This document shows positions 59,660 to 64,000 of a stretch of DNA of 64,000 bases, one piece after another. Source of the stretch: an uncultured Phycisphaerales bacterium (GTDB lineage Bacteria; Planctomycetota; Phycisphaerae; Sedimentisphaerales; Anaerobacaceae); contig OY970359.1 in assembly GCA_963718665.1 (NCBI GenBank), positions 768,001 to 832,000 of the forward strand. The letters are read 5' to 3'. Position 1 is the first letter of the stretch; the number at the start of each line of letters is the position of its first letter. The position numbers were made by a program, and so were the translations under genes. The notes under the pieces were generated by a model. The model saw only the letters and a list, made by a program, of their open reading frames with translations, searched no databases and was not told where the DNA came from.

Positions 59660-61033
59660 ATGCACTCGTTATATCGAACACTGCGGACAGCAATACGCTC
59701 TTTAAGACGGCATATTATGAGGTCGGCGCTGACCTGCTTAGGAATCGTTATCGGCATCGCATCCGTCATCGCGATAATCGAAATCGGTCAGGGGACAAAC
59801 TATTCGATACAGCAGACAATTGCTGCGATTGGCGCCAACGTAATACAGATTGACCCCAGCCAGGTGATTGTTGGAGGCGTGAGCACCGGGGCGGGAGGCA
59901 AGCCGACACTTAGCCCCGATGACTGCGACGCGATTCTACGGGAGTGCAGCGCGGTTCGCTGCGGCTCGCCGAGCGTCGATTGCAGAATGCAGATTGTTTA
60001 CAGCAATCGCAACTGGTCGCCGATGAACATACTGGGGGCATCGCCTGATTACCTGGTGGTCCGTAACTGGACAAACCTGGCCGAGGGAGAGGTGTTTACA
60101 GAACACGACGTGCGAAGCGGGGCACGGGTGTGCTTAGTCGGGCAGACGATTGTCAGAGAACTTTTCAAAGGTGAGAGCCCTGTCGGCAAAGAGATTCGCG
60201 TCAAGAACGTAGCGATGAAGGTGATTGGCGTACTCAGCGAAAAAGGCGCGAATATGATGGGCAGAGACCAGGATGATTTTGTTGTTGCGCCGTGGACTAC
60301 CGTCAAATTTCAGTTGTCGGGTTCAAGGCAATCCCAAACTGCCGTAACGACCACCCCGTCATCAACTACGCAGGAAAAAGCCCTTAGCCAACTCTACCCG
60401 GACCAGCAGGTCCAGCTTTACGCGCAACAGTCAGCTGCCCAGGCGGCAAACAGGCCTCAGATGACGCGTTTTAACGACCTCGACGATATCTGGGTTTCGG
60501 CGGCTTCGCAGGAAGAAATCCCACAGGCCATCCAGCAGATTACGAGCTTACTCCGCGAACGGCACCGGATACCAGAGGGCGCACCCGACGACTTCAGAAT
60601 CCGCGACCTGACGGAAATTTCACAGACACTGGCCTCGACACAGAAAACAATGATACACCTGTTGACATGCGTAGCGTTAATATCGCTGATAGTCGGCGGT
60701 GTTGGTATTATGAACATAATGCTGGCTTCGGTAATGGAGCGAACGAGAGAAATTGGCGTCCGGATGGCGATAGGCGCACGAGCTAGAGACATCCTTCGCC
60801 AGTTCCTGACCGAAGCTGTAATTCTTTGTCTTCTCGGTGGCGCGGCGGGCATACTGCTTGGCCGGGGCGCTTCAATAGCGGTTACGGTGTTTCTGAAATG
60901 GAAGACAATATCATCGGTGCCTGCGATAGTGGCTGCTTTCGTGGTCGCCGCCAGCGTGGGAATCATCTTCGGTTTTTATCCGGCGTGGAAGGCATCTCGC
61001 TTAGACCCTATTGAGGCCTTGCGTTACGAGTAG
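59660..61033 (+). CDS. MacB/FtsX-family ABC permease
   Basis: '[10 protein letters not shown]', '[21 protein letters not shown]', 'DPIEALRYE'. Confidence 0.93.
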   Translation: MHSLYRTLRTAIRSLRRHIMRSALTCLGIVIGIASVIAIIEIGQGTNYSIQQTIAAIGANVIQIDPSQVIVGGVSTGAGGKPTLSPDDCDAILRECSAVRCGSPSVDCRMQIVYSNRNWSPMNILGASPDYLVVRNWTNLAEGEVFTEHDVRSGARVCLVGQTIVRELFKGESPVGKEIRVKNVAMKVIGVLSEKGANMMGRDQDDFVVAPWTTVKFQLSGSRQSQTAVTTTPSSTTQEKALSQLYPDQQVQLYAQQSAAQAANRPQMTRFNDLDDIWVSAASQEEIPQAIQQITSLLRERHRIPEGAPDDFRIRDLTEISQTLASTQKTMIHLLTCVALISLIVGGVGIMNIMLASVMERTREIGVRMAIGARARDILRQFLTEAVILCLLGGAAGILLGRGASIAVTVFLKWKTISSVPAIVAAFVVAASVGIIFGFYPAWKASRLDPIEALRYE

Positions 61034-61140
61034 TGAGAAGCCAGAGAACTCAACAAACTAAAGGCCAGCAAACCAGTTTGCTGCAAACGCCCGTAAGGTG
61101 CAAATATTCACATATTTATCAGCGATTAGATTCATCATGA

Positions 61141-61332
61141 CCCGTACTGTAAAAACATTCGCCCCACCCGTCAGGCCGCCCTCTTGTATGACTTCAAAAG
61201 CCTACCAAGATGCTCCCAATATAGGAATCATATCGCGGAACCAAAGGAAAGGCGACCAATTTCAGCAAAATAAGTTGCTTGTAAGTTCAGGTGTTCTTAA
61301 AACTTAACGTCGGATGAGTTTTTTTATAGTAC
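61141..61332 (+). mobile_element. Array repeat copy 13 (full length)
   Basis: CCCGTACTGTAAAAACATTC...CGGATGAGTTTTTTTATAGTAC. Confidence 0.9.
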
Positions 61333-61378
61333 TGGAGAACAAAAACTGGTGACTGTCCCCACGGATGACCGAAACGGC

Positions 61379-61620
61379 TTAAAGAACTTCTTTCCAAACA
61401 GGTAGCAGTAGCAGGTCAGCAAGGAGAATATGTGAATGGCAATCATTATTCTCACATCTATAGAAATAATTGCCTTTCCCTTGATTCTCTCTTTCTGGTT
61501 TCATTTTTTTCTTACACACGGGACAACAAGGAGGAGTTAGCGATTTGAAATCATCCTCTGAAAGAAAAACAGGTCTATCGAAGTTTTTACATTGTTGGCG
61601 TTTACATACGACAACCACCC
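61379..61620 (-). pseudogene. Cys-rich ORF, probably 5'-truncated by the IS end
   Basis: C..C, CPVC, C....C pairs; reading frame abuts the TIR at 61621. Confidence 0.4.
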
Positions 61621-61768
61621 TGTCCTACTCAAAAATTCGAACTTGTTTAATTTCAATGACTTATGTAAACTTCCTGAGTCGTTGTTAAGATTCGATATTA
61701 CAGCAATATTCGGGAGGAATCAATATTGAAAACCCTTACAAAACTCATTTTTGAGTTATTCAGCTTAA
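61621..61768 (+). mobile_element. Orphan IS left end (same family as 49003)
   Basis: TGTCCTACTCAAAAATTCGAACTTGTT identical to 49003; ORF start MKTLTKLIFELF resembles MKTLCMLIVDLF. Confidence 0.85.
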
Positions 61769-61842
61769 TAGCGGGGGGAGGATTCGAACCTCCGACCTCC
61801 GGGTTATGGGCCCGACGAGCTACCAGACTGCTCTACCCCGCG
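61769..61842 (-). tRNA. Initiator tRNA-Met(CAT)
   Basis: CGCGGGG..CCCCGCTA with unpaired 1:72, three G-C pairs at the anticodon stem, GGTTCGAATCC. Confidence 0.93.
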
Positions 61843-61895
61843 GTCATTCAAAAAATAATACCACCAAACTGCCTCTCCAGCAAGAATAAAACCGG

Positions 61896-62312
61896 TTACA
61901 GATTTTTCCTGATTTTATCGGCAATTATTTCTACCTGACCAGGTCTGTACTTATATGAAGGCCACTGCGCAAAAACGCCATCACCTATCTTACGCGGCAC
62001 TATATGAAAATGCAAATGGTCAACAACCTGCCCCGCAGCCCTGCCGTTATTGCATAGCACATTATATCCATCAGCGCCGGCTGCCAAAGCGACCGCGCCG
62101 GCAATTTTGCCCAAACGAGTCCAAATTTGTCCCAGCAGTTCAGGCGGACAACTATGCACTTTTTCAACATGCTGACGAGGCATCACGAGCGTATGGCCAT
62201 CGCTGATTGGACCTATATCGAGAAACGCCACGACAACCTCATCCTCGTAGATTTTAGCTGCTGGTATCTGGCCCGACACTATCTTGCAGAAAATGCAATC
62301 CTGAACGCCCAT
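61896..62312 (-). CDS. HIT-family protein
   Basis: 'DCIFCKI', 'AGQVVDHLHFHIVP'. Confidence 0.93.
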   Translation of the reverse strand: MGVQDCIFCKIVSGQIPAAKIYEDEVVVAFLDIGPISDGHTLVMPRQHVEKVHSCPPELLGQIWTRLGKIAGAVALAAGADGYNVLCNNGRAAGQVVDHLHFHIVPRKIGDGVFAQWPSYKYRPGQVEIIADKIRKNL

Positions 62313-62346
62313 TGTCTGACTCCCTCACCGAATAATCAACAACGGC

Positions 62347-62838
62347 TTACTGCTGTGCGCCGGCCGCGGCGGTTTTGGCCTTTTTGCCGGCTTTGGAGTG
62401 CTCACCTTTTTCGCCCTTATGCTTTTTCTCAACATGCTCAGAGCCGACCAACTGAAGCAAAACCAGCTCGCCGTTATCACCCAGCCGTCTTTTCGCCAGG
62501 TGAATAATTCGCGTATATCCGCCTTTCCTGTCCAAATACCGCGGACCAAGCTCACTGAACAATTTGCCGATAATCGTGCCCTTGCGAACCTGCTGACCTT
62601 CTTCATCCTTGAATATGTTACGGTCGCCCAACTGCGAAATTGCCTGCCGTCTTGCCGCCAATGTCCCTTTCCTGGCCAGTGTAATCAGCTTCTCGGCAAA
62701 ACCTTTTACTTCCTTTGCCTTTCTAATGGTCGTCGAAATCGTCTCGTGCTCAAAAAGCGCTACCGCCAGATTGCGACGTAACGCAATGCGATGCTCGCTT
62801 GTTCGACTTAATTGTCTGCCTGCGACTCTGTGACGCAT
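62347..62838 (-). CDS. rplQ: 50S ribosomal protein L17
   Basis: 'MRHRVAGRQLSR..HR', 'GGYTRII', 'RLGD'. Confidence 0.97.
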   Translation of the reverse strand: MRHRVAGRQLSRTSEHRIALRRNLAVALFEHETISTTIRKAKEVKGFAEKLITLARKGTLAARRQAISQLGDRNIFKDEEGQQVRKGTIIGKLFSELGPRYLDRKGGYTRIIHLAKRRLGDNGELVLLQLVGSEHVEKKHKGEKGEHSKAGKKAKTAAAGAQQ

Positions 62839-62915
62839 AAACTTAAAAACCCCTTTCCGCTTTCGGCGGATAAATTACCGCCTCGCCGTCAAAACGCGAA
62901 GCTAAATACTCAAAA

Positions 62916-63914
62916 TCATTCTATTCCAGTCATTCCCAGCGACAAGCCGAGGTCCGCGAGCTTTCTCTTGACTTCGCGCAAGCTGGTTTTGCCGAAACTG
63001 CGAACCTCAAGCAGTTCCGCCTCTGTCATTTTGGCAAGCTGCCTGACGGTTTCAATTTTAACCGATTCGAGACAGTTGTTCGCCCGAACTGAAAGCTCAA
63101 GCTCCTGTATAGGCATATTCAGTTTGGTCTGCATTTCTTCGCCAACCTTGGGCTGCGGCTGGTCAACCGCAATATCGCCTGACACTGTTTCAGTTCCTAT
63201 TTCGCTGTACTGCACAAACGGATTGATGTGTTTGCGCAGAATCTTGGCTGCCTCGACCATCGCCATATCCGGCGTAATTGCCCCGTTAGTCCATATTTCA
63301 AGTATCAGCCGGTCATAATCGGTCTTTTGTCCGACTCGAGTATCCTCTGTGATGTATCGCACCCTGGTAACTGGCGAATACGCCGCATCAATCACTATTC
63401 TGCCGATTTCCTGCTCGTATCTGTCGGCCACTGCAAGCCGTTCCGCAGCGGGCACATAACCACGGCCGCTTTCAACCACCATCTCTATCTCGAAATTCAC
63501 GTCTTCTGTCAGGGTGGCTATCACTTTGTCCTTATCAATTATTTCTATCGCGGGGTCGGCAACGATATTGGCCGCGGTCACAACGCCGGCTTTATTGGCC
63601 GTAACCTTCATCATCTTCGGCCCTTCCGTCTGAAGCCGGACCGTCAGATTCTTGATGTTCAGGACAATATCCGTCACGTCTTCCATTACGCCCTTTATCG
63701 AGGTAAACTCATGGTCGACCCCCGCTATCTTTATGGAAGTAACCGCGCTGCCTTCAAGCGAGCTGAGCAAAACCCGCCTCAAGCTGTTGCCGATTGTCGT
63801 GCCCAAACCTCGCTCGAACGGCTCGACATAAAATTTCCCATATCTGTCGTTCGCTATCTTACTGTCGCGCTCGACACGAGTCGGTAATTCAAGACCACGC
63901 CATGTAATTCGCAT
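62916..63914 (-). CDS. rpoA: RNA polymerase alpha subunit
   Basis: 'EPFERGLGTTIGNSLRRVLLSS', 'LELSVRANNCL'; GAGGAGG RBS before ATG 63914. Confidence 0.97.
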   Translation of the reverse strand: MRITWRGLELPTRVERDSKIANDRYGKFYVEPFERGLGTTIGNSLRRVLLSSLEGSAVTSIKIAGVDHEFTSIKGVMEDVTDIVLNIKNLTVRLQTEGPKMMKVTANKAGVVTAANIVADPAIEIIDKDKVIATLTEDVNFEIEMVVESGRGYVPAAERLAVADRYEQEIGRIVIDAAYSPVTRVRYITEDTRVGQKTDYDRLILEIWTNGAITPDMAMVEAAKILRKHINPFVQYSEIGTETVSGDIAVDQPQPKVGEEMQTKLNMPIQELELSVRANNCLESVKIETVRQLAKMTEAELLEVRSFGKTSLREVKRKLADLGLSLGMTGIE

Positions 63915-63945
63915 ACTGGCCTCCTCAAAATCAGCCAATTCAAAC

Positions 63946-64000
63946 CTATCTCGAACAGAACTCAACAACCAACTGCTCCTCTACCGGGATTTGAACATCA
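63946..64000 (-). CDS. rpsD: 30S ribosomal protein S4, 3' end only
   Basis: ..DVQIPVEEQLVVEFCSR*, directly upstream of rpoA. Confidence 0.85.
   Translation of the reverse strand, partial: DVQIPVEEQLVVEFCSR

Noticed and set aside
25047..61332. CRISPR array or classical integron attC sites
   Set aside because: Units are ~190 bp, divergent and separated by 0.3-6.5 kb; I saw no RYYYAAC/GTTRRRY attC ends, cas genes or intI.
61726..61938. 70-aa ORF 'MKTLTKL..IAGGGFEPPTSGL'
   Set aside because: Chimera of a truncated transposase start and the antisense strand of tRNA-fMet.
63915..63968. N-terminal extensions in the ORF track (rpoA; also ferredoxin and ackA)
   Set aside because: Downstream ATGs have RBSs and match family starts; the rpoA and ackA extensions overlap upstream genes.

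Overview
Bacterial window, most likely a planctomycete of class Phycisphaerae (DUF1553/DUF1549 + DUF1501 + PPC-domain cluster, 'DFAxLAxxWL' dockerin-like tails; inference from gene content). Both ends are housekeeping: rodA/ftsW, murJ, ferredoxin, tRNA-Glu, fabZ, flavodoxin, LolA-like, LysR and UDG on the left; tRNA-fMet, HIT, rplQ, rpoA and the 3' end of rpsD on the right. Between tRNA-Lys (16.7 kb, +) and tRNA-fMet (61.8 kb, -) lies a ~45-kb accessory region. Its main hidden structure is an array of 13 co-oriented, intergenic copies of a ~190-bp element (25.0-61.3 kb). On the minus strand the element reads: terminal inverted repeat, sigma70-like promoter, the last ~16 codons of an rve/DDE transposase (consensus CRERLGGLLKSYRRAA*), second terminal inverted repeat. 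The copies split unrelated cargo into cassette-like blocks (glgP-ackA-xfp; VanZ; ECF sigma + T2SS/T4P platform; secreted proteins; S8 protease; SMR/EamA pair + GNAT-like; two-component system + radical SAM + ArnT-like; YncE + MacB). They are interleaved with tRNA-Val and tRNA-fMet 3'-end remnants and an internally deleted IS. No intact recombinase is in the window. All calls are by eye; no database searches were run.
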